This document shows, piece by piece, positions 30,031 to 39,886 of a DNA stretch of 64,000 bases. A program made the position numbers and the translations under genes. Below the pieces are notes generated by a model. It saw only the letters and a program-made list of their open reading frames with translations, searched no databases and was not told where the DNA came from. The DNA comes from Desulfomonilia bacterium. Its GTDB lineage: Bacteria > Desulfobacterota > Desulfomonilia > UBA1062. The stretch is from NCBI GenBank assembly GCA_963664325.2, contig CAXXDQ010000007.1, positions 832,001-896,000 on the forward strand. The letters run 5' to 3'. How positions within the stretch are numbered: position 1 is the stretch's first letter; each line of letters opens with the position of its first letter.

Positions 30031-30978
30031 ATGAGCAATGCCATAATTGACAGGATTTTAAAAAAGGCGGACCTTCCAGGACTGGTCGATGTGCTGACCG
30101 GCAGGCTCAGCCAGAGCGAGCTTCAGTCCCTGCTCATCGAAGTCTGCAGGCAGAGGGCCGGCGGGATTGACCCGGCCCGCCTGTTAGATTCCTACAAAAC
30201 CAACAGGTTTGTACGGCCCTCGGGGATCGCTCCTGAAAAGATGCTCGAGTTTGACCTGCTCGCATTTTCGCTTTTACCCGAATCGTACGAACCGATCGAG
30301 CTCTCGCCCGTAGGCCCGCTCGGAGCCTGCTCGGCTGTTGCGCCCGTATCGCAGAACAACATCCTGAGCACGACCAGGAACACCGAGGTCTGCTCCGATT
30401 CTACAAACATGATGGCTCTCGAATGTGCAGTCAGGCGGGAGGCCTTGTTGAAGGTTAACAGAAAAGACACAAAAAAAATAAAACTCTGCTCCAGCCATCG
30501 CCTGCTCAGAACGCAGGCCTTCGAGGGGCCCGCGACCATGTCCCATTTCAGGCTTTTCTCACTCTCGGCCGCAGGAAGGGATGAGGGTTCTTATGCATTC
30601 GAAAGAGCGGTGCTCGATGAGCAGGTCAGGTTTTTCATTAAACTGCTGATGAATGCAGGCGCCCTTGACATGAACATTTCCAGGATCAGGCTGGTTGCCA
30701 AAGTTGCCGATGAAGCCTTTACGCCAGGGCTCAAAGAAATGATTGATGCGCTCAGCCGGGATTTTCCCGGGCTAACAGCCGGGATCGAGACTATGGAGAA
30801 AGCTCAGAGCTATTACAGAACGCTGAGGTACAACTTATTCGCGACAAACGTTTCCGGCGCGGAATATTTCATATGCGACGGGGGTTTCACAGACTGGACG
30901 GCCAGGCTTTTGAACAACAGCAAGGAAAGATACCTCATAAGCGGTTTCGGGACAGAGAGGCTGTTAACCGCTTTTTAA
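30031..30978 (+). CDS. Hypothetical protein with a class II aaRS (HisRS/HisZ-like) catalytic-core resemblance
   Basis: Motif-2-like LRTQ...HFRLF, SYY, DGG and motif-3-like SGFGTERLL. No anticodon-binding domain. Confidence 0.55.
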   Translation: MSNAIIDRILKKADLPGLVDVLTGRLSQSELQSLLIEVCRQRAGGIDPARLLDSYKTNRFVRPSGIAPEKMLEFDLLAFSLLPESYEPIELSPVGPLGACSAVAPVSQNNILSTTRNTEVCSDSTNMMALECAVRREALLKVNRKDTKKIKLCSSHRLLRTQAFEGPATMSHFRLFSLSAAGRDEGSYAFERAVLDEQVRFFIKLLMNAGALDMNISRIRLVAKVADEAFTPGLKEMIDALSRDFPGLTAGIETMEKAQSYYRTLRYNLFATNVSGAEYFICDGGFTDWTARLLNNSKERYLISGFGTERLLTAF

Positions 30979-31107
30979 CTCCGGTCCTGACTTTCATTGA
31001 GCCCCTGCATGGCCGGGTTTCTAAGCCGGAGAAGCTGAGAGTTTCATCCTTTTCTCAAGTATTGAGGCCCGGCGCAGGGCGTTCCGGTTCACCGGATGGA
31101 GGGTAAT

Positions 31108-31857
31108 ATGAATTTTATTTCAGTTGAGAGACATGACAATATCGCAACATTGGCTCTCAAAAGAGACAGGGTCAACGCGCTGAACAGTTCTGTTGTCGGC
31201 GAACTGGCCGAAGCGTTCAGATGTCTCGAAGACGATGCAGCAGTTAAGTCGGTTATATTGACCGGGACGGGAGCCTTCTTTTCCTTCGGCTTCGACATAC
31301 CGGAATTCCTGCCGTACCCGAAAGAGCGGTTCACCGAATATCTGAATGGCTTTACGGCCTTCTACACATACCTTTTCATGTATCCCAAACCAGTGATCGC
31401 GGCGCTCAACGGCCACACCATAGCAGGCGGCTGCATGATAGCCCTTGCATGCGACTACCGTGTGATGGTCACGGGCAGGGCCAGGATTTCCTTGAACGAG
31501 ATCGCATTCGGTTCGTCGGTTTTTGCAGGAAGCACCGAAATGCTCAGGTTCTGGTGCGGCGGTTCAAATGCTGCAAAAATACTCTATTCAGGCGGCATGT
31601 TCGGGGCCGAAGAAGCCCTCGAAATGGGATTGATAAACAAGGCGTCCGTTGAATCAGACCTCATGCCGCATGCAACAGCCCAGGCCGTTGACATGGGAGC
31701 CAAAGACCCGAAGGCGTTTGCAAGCATCAAGAAGCTGCTCAGGGGCCCTATCGCAGAAAAGATGAAATCGCGTGAGGCGGCCTCGATAAGGGAATTCGCC
31801 GACATCTGGTACTCGGAAGCATGCCGGGAAAACCTCAAGAATATAAAGATCCGCTGA
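31108..31857 (+). CDS. Enoyl-CoA hydratase/isomerase family protein
   Basis: FFSFGFD, PKPVIAALNGHTIAGG, ALACDYR and LNE. Confidence 0.92.
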   Translation: MNFISVERHDNIATLALKRDRVNALNSSVVGELAEAFRCLEDDAAVKSVILTGTGAFFSFGFDIPEFLPYPKERFTEYLNGFTAFYTYLFMYPKPVIAALNGHTIAGGCMIALACDYRVMVTGRARISLNEIAFGSSVFAGSTEMLRFWCGGSNAAKILYSGGMFGAEEALEMGLINKASVESDLMPHATAQAVDMGAKDPKAFASIKKLLRGPIAEKMKSREAASIREFADIWYSEACRENLKNIKIR

Positions 31858-31953
31858 TTAACTTCCTGTCCGGGAAGACAATAAGCGCCCGGCCCCGGTC
31901 CCTGATAAGAATTGCCAGGAACAAGGCCGGACGCCTTCGTCCGTTATTTCAGA

Positions 31954-32994
31954 TCAGTTTATCGCCCCGCCGTATGACGTGGCATCATCAAGTATCAATT
32001 CCGTCGCCGCTTTGTTGAGGAATACGAGCAGGTTCTGGTAGGTGAAGGCGCTACCCTGCTTTGTCACATTTATCAGTTCCAGTGTCGGTTCAAATAAAAT
32101 ATTGGTATTTTCCAGCTGCTGCTGCTGGTGAAGAGACCTCACCACATACAGTTTGTATCCGCCTGAGGTCACGTCCTGATACCACGGGATGTGATAATGC
32201 CCGGCATAATTGGCGTAAAAATAGTCCTTGAAAGGAAGCGTAAAACCTGTGATGGTCCTGAAATCACTCACGCTGAATGCCCCCAGGTCCGCCTGGATCA
32301 GCGGATATACAGGCGAGACGTGCATGGGGTGGTGAGAAAAGACCAGGATATTGTTCTGGTTTTCCGTAGGGGAGTTCCCCATATCCTGCTTGAACCACGG
32401 CCATGTGCCGCCTTCGAAATCAAAGAGTTCAGCCTGCTCGGACCCGAGGCCAGGTCCGGGATTTCTGGTTCCCCAGTCCGTACAGATTATGTGCAGACCC
32501 TTATAATCAAAGGAATAGTTCTGCAGATAAAGGTCCTGATCCGTCCGGGGGTCCTGCACGGGGATTGGGGCCTTGTCCCACGAATCCGGGAATAGTGCTT
32601 CCAGGTCGTCGAAATGAGACGAAAAAACAGTATTGAAAGTGACTTCGTCTCCGGCATTGACTTCATTGTCGCCTATAACCGGGAGATACGGCACTGTCAG
32701 GCCGTCAAGCTTTCCCCTGATCACCGATAAATTGCTGCCGCCCCAGGCCATGTCGCCCACGATGACCACGAGTTCGATCTTTTTCGCAGTCCTGTTCTCG
32801 TTGATCCAGTTCACTGCCGAATCAAGACGGTCCCAATGCTCCTGGCTGCCGGTGCAGTGTGGATCGGCAATAACGGCGATGGAGAAATCGCTGGGCTTTT
32901 TACACCCGGCTGCCATGAACATTACAAGAAGACAAACCAAGACTGAAGACACGAGAAGAAGATGCGATTGTCTGACCCGGACCTGATTCTTCAT
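31954..32994 (-). CDS. Calcineurin-like metallophosphoesterase lipoprotein
   Basis: ADPH, VGD, GDNE, SHHP and AGHYH motifs; AAGC lipobox. Confidence 0.85.
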   Translation of the reverse strand: MKNQVRVRQSHLLLVSSVLVCLLVMFMAAGCKKPSDFSIAVIADPHCTGSQEHWDRLDSAVNWINENRTAKKIELVVIVGDMAWGGSNLSVIRGKLDGLTVPYLPVIGDNEVNAGDEVTFNTVFSSHFDDLEALFPDSWDKAPIPVQDPRTDQDLYLQNYSFDYKGLHIICTDWGTRNPGPGLGSEQAELFDFEGGTWPWFKQDMGNSPTENQNNILVFSHHPMHVSPVYPLIQADLGAFSVSDFRTITGFTLPFKDYFYANYAGHYHIPWYQDVTSGGYKLYVVRSLHQQQQLENTNILFEPTLELINVTKQGSAFTYQNLLVFLNKAATELILDDATSYGGAIN

Positions 32995-33166
32995 GTTTTT
33001 CCCCTTTTCTATCGTAAAATTATTCAAATCAAAATTTACAGATTTCTCATTCAGCATCATAAATTATATTATACAGCAAAATCGCCGTAATGTCCACATG
33101 AGATGGCCGTATACTGCTTGACGGCGGTCGATTGGGGCGTCAAACATCGGTGCTGAAACCGTCATG

Positions 33167-33188
33167 GAAAAGGGCCTGGCACCTTTTC
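33167..33188. repeat. Short REP-like palindrome
   Basis: GAAAAGG-GCCTGGCA-CCTTTTC. The core GGCCTG(A/G)CACCTTTT recurs on the minus strand at about 38108 and 42157. Confidence 0.5.
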
Positions 33189-33278
33189 ACGTTTAGAAAG
33201 CAGAACCGCGCCGTTTTATGATTTATGGTATTGTCAATAAAACACGGCAGGCTGTATATCATGTTCCGGGAATATATC

Positions 33279-33929
33279 ATGGGACAGGATTTGAACAGAA
33301 TAGAGAGCCTGTACGATGCCCTGGCAAGGGAATATGCGGAAGCATTTACGGGCGAGCATGAAAAGAAGCCGAAAGACCGGGAGATGCTCCTCAGGTTCTC
33401 GCAAATTATCGGGGACAGAAAGCCGGTCTGGGATCTGGGCTGCGGCCCGGGTCAGACTGCAAAATACCTGAAAGATCTCGGTGTTGAAATCTCGGGGCTG
33501 GACCTGTCCGAAAAACTGCTTGAGCAGGCCAGGACTATCTACCCGGAGATACGCTTTGTAAAGGGGAATATCCTGAATCTCGGGTTTGAAAATGATACGG
33601 TAGCCGGTGCCGTCTCGTTCTACTTAATAGTCCACTTCACAGAAGACCAGGTCGGTACTGCATTCAGCGAAGTATTCCGGGTATTGCAGCCGGGCGGGAT
33701 ATTCCTTCTCACCTGCCACGTCGGTGAAGGAACGGTCCATCTGGATGAGTTCCTCGGCAGGAAAATCGACATAGACTTCATGTTTTTCACCGCTGATTTC
33801 ATTTCCAGGTGTCTGAAGGATGCCGGATTTGAAAATATAGAAATAACCGAAAGAGAGCCGTATCCCGGAATAGAGTACGGCAGCCGGAGGGCCTATGTGT
33901 TCGCTAAAAAACCGGCACGGGATAAATGA
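33279..33929 (+). CDS. Class I SAM-dependent methyltransferase
   Basis: DLGCGPG, GLDLS and RVLQPGG. Confidence 0.92.
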   Translation: MGQDLNRIESLYDALAREYAEAFTGEHEKKPKDREMLLRFSQIIGDRKPVWDLGCGPGQTAKYLKDLGVEISGLDLSEKLLEQARTIYPEIRFVKGNILNLGFENDTVAGAVSFYLIVHFTEDQVGTAFSEVFRVLQPGGIFLLTCHVGEGTVHLDEFLGRKIDIDFMFFTADFISRCLKDAGFENIEITEREPYPGIEYGSRRAYVFAKKPARDK

Positions 33930-34087
33930 TCAAAGGGCCCCGGCACGGGACAAAACATAAAGGGCAGGAACCTGATGAGTTTTACCGCTCTGAACGGCAT
34001 AAATAGAGATTCTTCTTGTAGCCATTTTGAATGTTGTATATTATACTTGTCTAAAATTTTATATTAATTATTCTTAAAGGAGCGGAA

Positions 34088-37000
34088 ATGGAGACTGAGC
34101 GGAGCAAGGAAACTTTGGAACAGCATGAATCAGGTCTGCCTGCCATAAAGAGACACGGCGTACGAACCGACAAGCTGCGAGTCCTTAAGATACAGCGCAC
34201 CTGTGTTCATGACGGCCCCGGCATACGCACCACGGTTTTCTTCCAGGGGTGCGGTTTGAGGTGTCTGTGGTGCCAGAACCCCGAGGCGCTGTCCATCAAT
34301 CCGGACCTGGCTCCGGACAGCGACTATTCGATTTCCGACATCATGGAAGCGGTCCTGCGGGACAAGGACTATTACTTCAAAACCGGCGGCGGGGTGACGC
34401 TGAGCGGAGGCGACCCGCTGCTGCAGGACCCGGACAGCCTGATACGCCTGCTGGAACTGCTTATAAAAGAAAAAATCCACATTGCCGTCGAAACCTCCCT
34501 TCACGTGCCCTGGGAAAATATTGACAAAATTGCGCCCTATGCAGACCTGTTCCTTGTCGACCTGAAGCTTGTCGGCGATGACAGCCTTCACAAGCAGTAC
34601 ACGAAGCAGGACAGCAGGCTGATCCATGAGAATATCAGGAAGCTGATCGATTTGAATGCGAAAGTCAAATTCCGCATGGTCATGGTGCCAGGCTACAACG
34701 ACAGCGACAGCCGGATAAAAGCGACCGCGGATTTTCTGAAGTCAGTCGGCCACGATTCAATCGAACTGCTCAAATACCACAACATGTACGAGGATAAGGC
34801 GAAGCGCCTGGGCATAGAACAGAAATCACTGAACATATCGAATGAGAGCGCCGTCGCTTCGGTCAAAGCGGCCGTCGAGCTGTTCAAATCATACGGCATA
34901 AAGGCGGAATGCATCGACCTGGACACCGCCAGACACAAGGCCGTCTTTACCCAGCGGGTCTATGACATACAGAACGCGATCAGGACCAGCGATCACAGCC
35001 TGTGTTTCGAGGTTTCCAACCTCAAGACCGACTTCTACAAGAAGAACGGTTTCGACGAGCCTTCATACATCCACAGGGCCAAGCGCCTTGATTATGTGCT
35101 CAAAAACAAGAGCGTCATCGTCTATCCCGGCGAGCTGCTGGTCGGCAACTATACCGAAAAAAGGCGCGGCGCACAGGTATGGGAAGAGCACTATGGCGCT
35201 CTCCTGGTTTCAATCATCCACCAGATCCATAAACAGACCCCGGTTTCATTTCAATGCTCGTTAAAAGACAAGCTGACCTTCTATTTCAAGATATTCCCGT
35301 TCTGGATGAACCGTTGCCTCATGATGAAGGTGAACAAGACCTTCAAGGATTTGAGGATGATGATTGCGCGCTCTTCCGAGATGAATGTGGGATTCAACAA
35401 TAATATGGCATCTGTCGCACATTTTGTAGTCAACTACGAGCGCATGCTCGAGCTTGGAACAACGGGCATCATCAAAGAGATCGAGACCATGAAGAAGGAG
35501 AAACCTGAAAACAATCAGGACTTCTATGACGCCGCAATCATTACGCTCAGGGCGCTGGAAGCCTGGGCCGAACGCTATGCCGGTAAACTGGCAGAGATGA
35601 GCAGAACGGAATCCGACCCGGCGCGCAAAAAAGAGCTCGAAGACATGGCCGCCATCTGCAGGTATGTCCCCAGAAACCCGGCGCGCACATACCATGAGGC
35701 GCTCCAGAGCATGATGTTCATACATATCGGGCTTTGCCTGGAGACCTTTGAAAATGCGATATCCCCGGGCAGGCTGGACATGATACTCAACCCCTACTAC
35801 GAAAGGGACAAGGCGGCCGGTATAATCGATTATGAAAGGGCGAAAGAGCTCCTTGCGCTCTTTATCATCAAGATGGACGAAGCCATCTTTGTAAACGACG
35901 GCGATACCTATCTCAGGGTCGGAAGGCTATTCGAGACCATGTCCACAGACCAGACAGTAACCGCGGGCGGCCTTGGCAGAGACGGCAAGGATGCGACAAA
36001 TGACCTCACTTATGCCCTCCTTGATATCTGCGAACTGCAGCCCTATGCCATAAACATGACGGCCAGAATCCATCAGGACAGCCCGGTTGAATATCTCGAC
36101 AGGCTTGCCGAAGTCTACATAAACGGCGCGCCGATGCCTGCGCTTTATAATGACGAGCTTTACATCGAGACTCTGCAGAAGCATTACGGCACCACGGTTG
36201 AAGACGCCAGGAACTATGCGATAATAGGCTGCGTCGAGCCCAATGCATCGGACGACCATTACGGCAATACCGACTGCGCGAACATGAACGTGACGCTTCC
36301 GTTCCTTCAGGCATTAAAAGGCGAAGAAAACGATTTGTGGAACTTCGACTTCTGGGACGAGCAGGAAAAAATCCAGACCAAATTTATAGAATACAACTTC
36401 AGCGGCGACGGCAAGGCCTCGAAGTTCATATTCAACAATTACATGAAGGCGAGAGACTTCTACAAGAAGATGAGAACCCCTGCTCCGAATCCGCCCAGGA
36501 ACATGGATGAGCTGATGGAGCGCTTCCAGACCCGCCTTAACTTCCTGGCGACCTCCATCCTGACAGACCACCAGAAGATCGAAGTGGCTATCCGCAAAGA
36601 CTTCACCACTCCGCTCGCTTCATCCCTGTCCAGAAATTCCATCGCCACCGGAAAAGACCTTAACGAAGGCGGCGCTAAGTTCAACAGCAGCGGCATTCAG
36701 GCGGTCGGCATCACCGATGTGGCCGATTCCCTGCACGCAATAGACGTGGTCGTTTTCAAGAAAAAGCTCTACTCTCTCATGGACATCATCAATGCCATAA
36801 ACCATGATTTCAAAGGCGAATACTATACCCAGATAAGAGAGGCCCTTCTTGCAGTGCCCAAGTTCGGGCAGGACGAGTCCCAGGAGGCAATCGACTGGGT
36901 CAACAGGACATTGCAGGTTTATATAAACGCGCTCGCCCAGGTGCCCAACTGCACGAGAAACGGCATATATGCAGCCGGCTATTACGCGCTCAACGTAAGC

Positions 37001-37429
37001 GACGTCTACGGCAAAAAGACGCCGTCGCTGCCTTCAGGCAGGTTGAAGGGCGTGCCCCTGGCCAACAGTGTGGCCCCTCATTACGGAATGGAGTTCGCCG
37101 ACCTCTTATCATCGCTCAATTCGGTGGCAGGCGTTGACTTTGTGAAATACGCGCCGAACGGGACTACTGTTACATTTACCATCGACTCAGCCCTGTTCCA
37201 GGGACCGGGAGGAACCAGGAACCTTGCCAGCATATTCAGCACCTATTTCAAAAAGGGCGGCATGCAGTTCCAGCCCAATGTCATCGACAAACAGATTTTG
37301 ATAGACGCATACGACCACCCGGAAAAGTACCCGTTCCTGCTGGTCCGCGTTGCAGGCTACTGCGCCTACTTCAACGACCTGTCAGACGATCTAAAGAAGA
37401 TAATTATCAACAGGACGTGTTACTGCTAG
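34088..37429 (+). CDS. Fusion of a radical-SAM glycyl-radical activating enzyme and a glycyl radical enzyme (PFL-like superfamily)
   Basis: N-terminal HDGPGIRTTVFFQGCGLRCLWCQNPE (CX3CX2C) and GGVTLSGGD; C-terminal SPGRLD, YAIIGCVEP and LLVRVAGYCAYF. One uninterrupted 1113-aa ORF. Confidence 0.93.
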   Translation: METERSKETLEQHESGLPAIKRHGVRTDKLRVLKIQRTCVHDGPGIRTTVFFQGCGLRCLWCQNPEALSINPDLAPDSDYSISDIMEAVLRDKDYYFKTGGGVTLSGGDPLLQDPDSLIRLLELLIKEKIHIAVETSLHVPWENIDKIAPYADLFLVDLKLVGDDSLHKQYTKQDSRLIHENIRKLIDLNAKVKFRMVMVPGYNDSDSRIKATADFLKSVGHDSIELLKYHNMYEDKAKRLGIEQKSLNISNESAVASVKAAVELFKSYGIKAECIDLDTARHKAVFTQRVYDIQNAIRTSDHSLCFEVSNLKTDFYKKNGFDEPSYIHRAKRLDYVLKNKSVIVYPGELLVGNYTEKRRGAQVWEEHYGALLVSIIHQIHKQTPVSFQCSLKDKLTFYFKIFPFWMNRCLMMKVNKTFKDLRMMIARSSEMNVGFNNNMASVAHFVVNYERMLELGTTGIIKEIETMKKEKPENNQDFYDAAIITLRALEAWAERYAGKLAEMSRTESDPARKKELEDMAAICRYVPRNPARTYHEALQSMMFIHIGLCLETFENAISPGRLDMILNPYYERDKAAGIIDYERAKELLALFIIKMDEAIFVNDGDTYLRVGRLFETMSTDQTVTAGGLGRDGKDATNDLTYALLDICELQPYAINMTARIHQDSPVEYLDRLAEVYINGAPMPALYNDELYIETLQKHYGTTVEDARNYAIIGCVEPNASDDHYGNTDCANMNVTLPFLQALKGEENDLWNFDFWDEQEKIQTKFIEYNFSGDGKASKFIFNNYMKARDFYKKMRTPAPNPPRNMDELMERFQTRLNFLATSILTDHQKIEVAIRKDFTTPLASSLSRNSIATGKDLNEGGAKFNSSGIQAVGITDVADSLHAIDVVVFKKKLYSLMDIINAINHDFKGEYYTQIREALLAVPKFGQDESQEAIDWVNRTLQVYINALAQVPNCTRNGIYAAGYYALNVSDVYGKKTPSLPSGRLKGVPLANSVAPHYGMEFADLLSSLNSVAGVDFVKYAPNGTTVTFTIDSALFQGPGGTRNLASIFSTYFKKGGMQFQPNVIDKQILIDAYDHPEKYPFLLVRVAGYCAYFNDLSDDLKKIIINRTCYC

Positions 37430-37442
37430 ATTGATCTATGAA

Positions 37443-37476
37443 GGGCCATGTCATTGAGACATGGCCCCTGTGTTTT
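37443..37476 (+). terminator. Probable intrinsic terminator after the GRE fusion
   Basis: GGGCCATGTC-ATTGA-GACATGGCCC followed by CTGTGTTTT. Confidence 0.65.
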
Positions 37477-37531
37477 CCTAAAAACATTTATTCCGATAAA
37501 AATGATGGGGAGTCTTACCCAAAGGAACAAA

Positions 37532-38056
37532 ATGAAATACAAGATATTTGAGGCAAACACTGCCGATCTTGAGCCACTTCAAAAATACCTGATACAGTTT
37601 TTCAATCTAGAGATTGAAGGAATTTCACAAAGGCCTGATGGGATAACCCTGGCCGAGGTAAAAGAATATATTCCAGATGATTCAAATATTAATGATAAGC
37701 TTTGCCTCCTGGCAAAACTCGATAATGCAATTGTTGGCAACCTGACTTTGAAAAGAAACCCCAAGTTCGAATACCGTCATTCAGGCGAATTCGGGATAAC
37801 AGTCTTTCCTGAGCATCAAAACAAAGGCATAGGTACAGCTCTGATCAGCAAAATGGAAAAATGGGCAAAACAAAATAATTTTATAAGACTCGAGCTTGGA
37901 GTTTGGTCAAACAACACCAATGCAATAAATCTCTATAAAAAGCTTGGATATTCGTTTGAAGGTATAAAGAAAGATGCTATCATCAGGTTCTCTAATGTTT
38001 ATGACTTGATACTTATGGTGAAAATGATTCGCGACATAAAAAGCGGCCATTATTGA
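37532..38056 (+). CDS. GNAT family N-acetyltransferase (AT-rich)
   Basis: HQNKGIG and NTNAINLYKKLGY. Confidence 0.9.
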   Translation: MKYKIFEANTADLEPLQKYLIQFFNLEIEGISQRPDGITLAEVKEYIPDDSNINDKLCLLAKLDNAIVGNLTLKRNPKFEYRHSGEFGITVFPEHQNKGIGTALISKMEKWAKQNNFIRLELGVWSNNTNAINLYKKLGYSFEGIKKDAIIRFSNVYDLILMVKMIRDIKSGHY

Positions 38057-38106
38057 GTATCATCATGTTCCTCTCCTGTATGCCAACCCGATGAAAACCA
38101 GAAATA

Positions 38107-38529
38107 CAAAAGGTGTCAGGCCTTTATTCTTGAGATTTAGTTTCATTATCTCTTTCGAACAGCGCGCGCCAATATCCATTCTGTTAAGAAAGTCTTCAAC
38201 ACATACACCCTGACATAATCAAGCAGTCGGCTCCAGTTTGGCAACTGCCCATTTCATGACCTTGCGCACATCTTCATACTCATCCTCACGCATCTTTTTC
38301 ATGACAGGCAGCAGAGGCCTGGCCCTTTCGCCGATGTAATCCACGGCGTTGGCGGCATAGAGCCTGACCATCTGGTTCCCGCTCCCCAGCGCCTTTGACA
38401 GAACAGGCAGCGCCCTGCCCGTATCACCGGCAACGCAGAGGGTCTGCGCAGCGGTTATGCGTACCGTAACCGAAGGGTCATCAAGGAGTCCGGTAAGATC
38501 GCATTTCTCTCCCGTAATGAGACAACCGA
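38107..38529. repeat. 423-bp direct repeat, copy 1 (sulfatase 3' end plus downstream DNA)
   Basis: Aligns without gaps to 42156-42578, about 18 mismatches counted by eye. Confidence 0.95.
38219..38529 (-). pseudogene. Orphan C-terminal HEAT-repeat fragment of the sulfatase
   Basis: GCLITGEKCDLTGLLDDPSVTVR...KLEPTA is nearly identical to the last ~100 aa of 42268..44082. Confidence 0.9.
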
Positions 38530-38725
38530 TACCGATCCCGGCTTCGCAACCTCTAAAAATGACTATTCGCTGGAAACATACATATTGAAGCAAAACCACT
38601 ATCAAATCGAGCTGCTGACAAATCTGGACGAGCTGCTCGAAGCAGGCGCACTTCTTGTGGTAACTTTCCCGAAGCCGAAAGACGGGTCCGGTTTTCCCGC
38701 CCGTGTGTTCGCCATCCTGCCATGA
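38519..38725 (+). pseudogene. 3' fragment of a cyclase (kynurenine formamidase-like) family gene
   Basis: Hand translation: ETTDTDPGFATSKNDYSLETYILKQNHYQIELLTNLDELLEAGALLVVTFPKPKDGSGFPARVFAILP*. No start or 5' part. Confidence 0.75.
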
Positions 38726-38938
38726 AGGTACTCATTAAGTTGTATTGGATTAATCCTTTCCGATCATTTTGCCGATTCTTAAAATAGAAAGTACTGATGA
38801 ACATACTAACATCGGAAGAAAATTACTGAATGCGAATCTGACAGATGGTCAAATATGTTTGGAAGCGGCCATTTCTGATAATTTTTTTCCATGAGGCAGA
38901 TAGTTGAATAAGTTTATTATAAAAAAGTATCGAGGGAT

Positions 38939-39871
38939 ATGAGTAAAATAAATCGACCATGCCGGATATTTGCTTTCTCAGTTTTCTTTATACTTTCGTC
39001 ATTATTTATTTCAGGATGTGAAAACAGATATGAATATTTAGATCTTAGCTGCTATCAATATCGTGATACAAAAGACCTTGTTAAATTTGTTTATGATGCT
39101 TCGCTGATAGTTAAGAAAGATGGTTTGAAAAGCCTGAGCTATTTTAGAAACAACCGCAAACTTTATAATACTGCCGAGCGTTATCTCTACATCCACGATA
39201 TAAACGGGGTAACTATCTATCACGCAGGGATGCCTCAGCTCGAGGGCAGGAACCTGTGTGATCTTAAAGATAAAAACGGCAAGAAACCATATCTATTGGC
39301 GATAGCGGCGTTAGCTGACAAAAACAATCCGCACGCCTGGGTGCATTATTCCTGGTGGGAGCCGGGTAAATTCTATCCTGTCCCGAAATCATCCTGTCAT
39401 TTCAAGGTTATAACACCTGAAGGTAAAGTTTTATTCGTTGGCGGCGGTTTGAATTATCCTCACGAAGAAAAGGAATTCATCAGGATTATCGTCGATTGCG
39501 CTGCCCAATTGATTAAGGAAAAAGGCTATGCCGCTCTTTCGGAAATAGCAGATCCTGTCTCTCAATACATTTTTAGGGATGTAAAAGTTTTTGTTTTTAC
39601 CCCTGACGGCGAACTGCTTATATCGCCTGTATTAAACGACAGTCTTACGAAAATCAATCTTGTGGATTGTGTCGATGAGATGGGTCATAAACCATTTGAG
39701 AAGGCTCTGGGAGAACTGACCAATCAAGATTCGGTCTGGGAAATCTTCCTTGAGAAAAACAGATATCAGCGGATGCTTGTCAAGAAGAGTTTATATTTGC
39801 GCAAAACATATATCGGCGGGCAGAAAATCTATGTCGGCGCTATAACAGACCTTCCGCAACCGCCGGGATAG
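38939..39871 (+). CDS. Lipoprotein with two Cache-like sensor domains and no output domain
   Basis: ISGC lipobox; repeated units YLYIHD.NG...GRNLCDLKDKNGK and VFVFTPDG...NLVDCVDEMG. Confidence 0.75.
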   Translation: MSKINRPCRIFAFSVFFILSSLFISGCENRYEYLDLSCYQYRDTKDLVKFVYDASLIVKKDGLKSLSYFRNNRKLYNTAERYLYIHDINGVTIYHAGMPQLEGRNLCDLKDKNGKKPYLLAIAALADKNNPHAWVHYSWWEPGKFYPVPKSSCHFKVITPEGKVLFVGGGLNYPHEEKEFIRIIVDCAAQLIKEKGYAALSEIADPVSQYIFRDVKVFVFTPDGELLISPVLNDSLTKINLVDCVDEMGHKPFEKALGELTNQDSVWEIFLEKNRYQRMLVKKSLYLRKTYIGGQKIYVGAITDLPQPPG

Positions 39872-39886
39872 TTGAGGATACTACTG

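Noticed and set aside
33912-33954. 15-bp near-direct repeat CCGGCACGGGA(T/C)AAA at the methyltransferase end
   Set aside because: Only two copies 28 bp apart; not a CRISPR array and no associated element.
38530-38605. 128-aa ORF 38219..38605 as an intact gene
   Set aside because: It is a chimera of the sulfatase tail and the antisense of a cyclase fragment, with no credible start.
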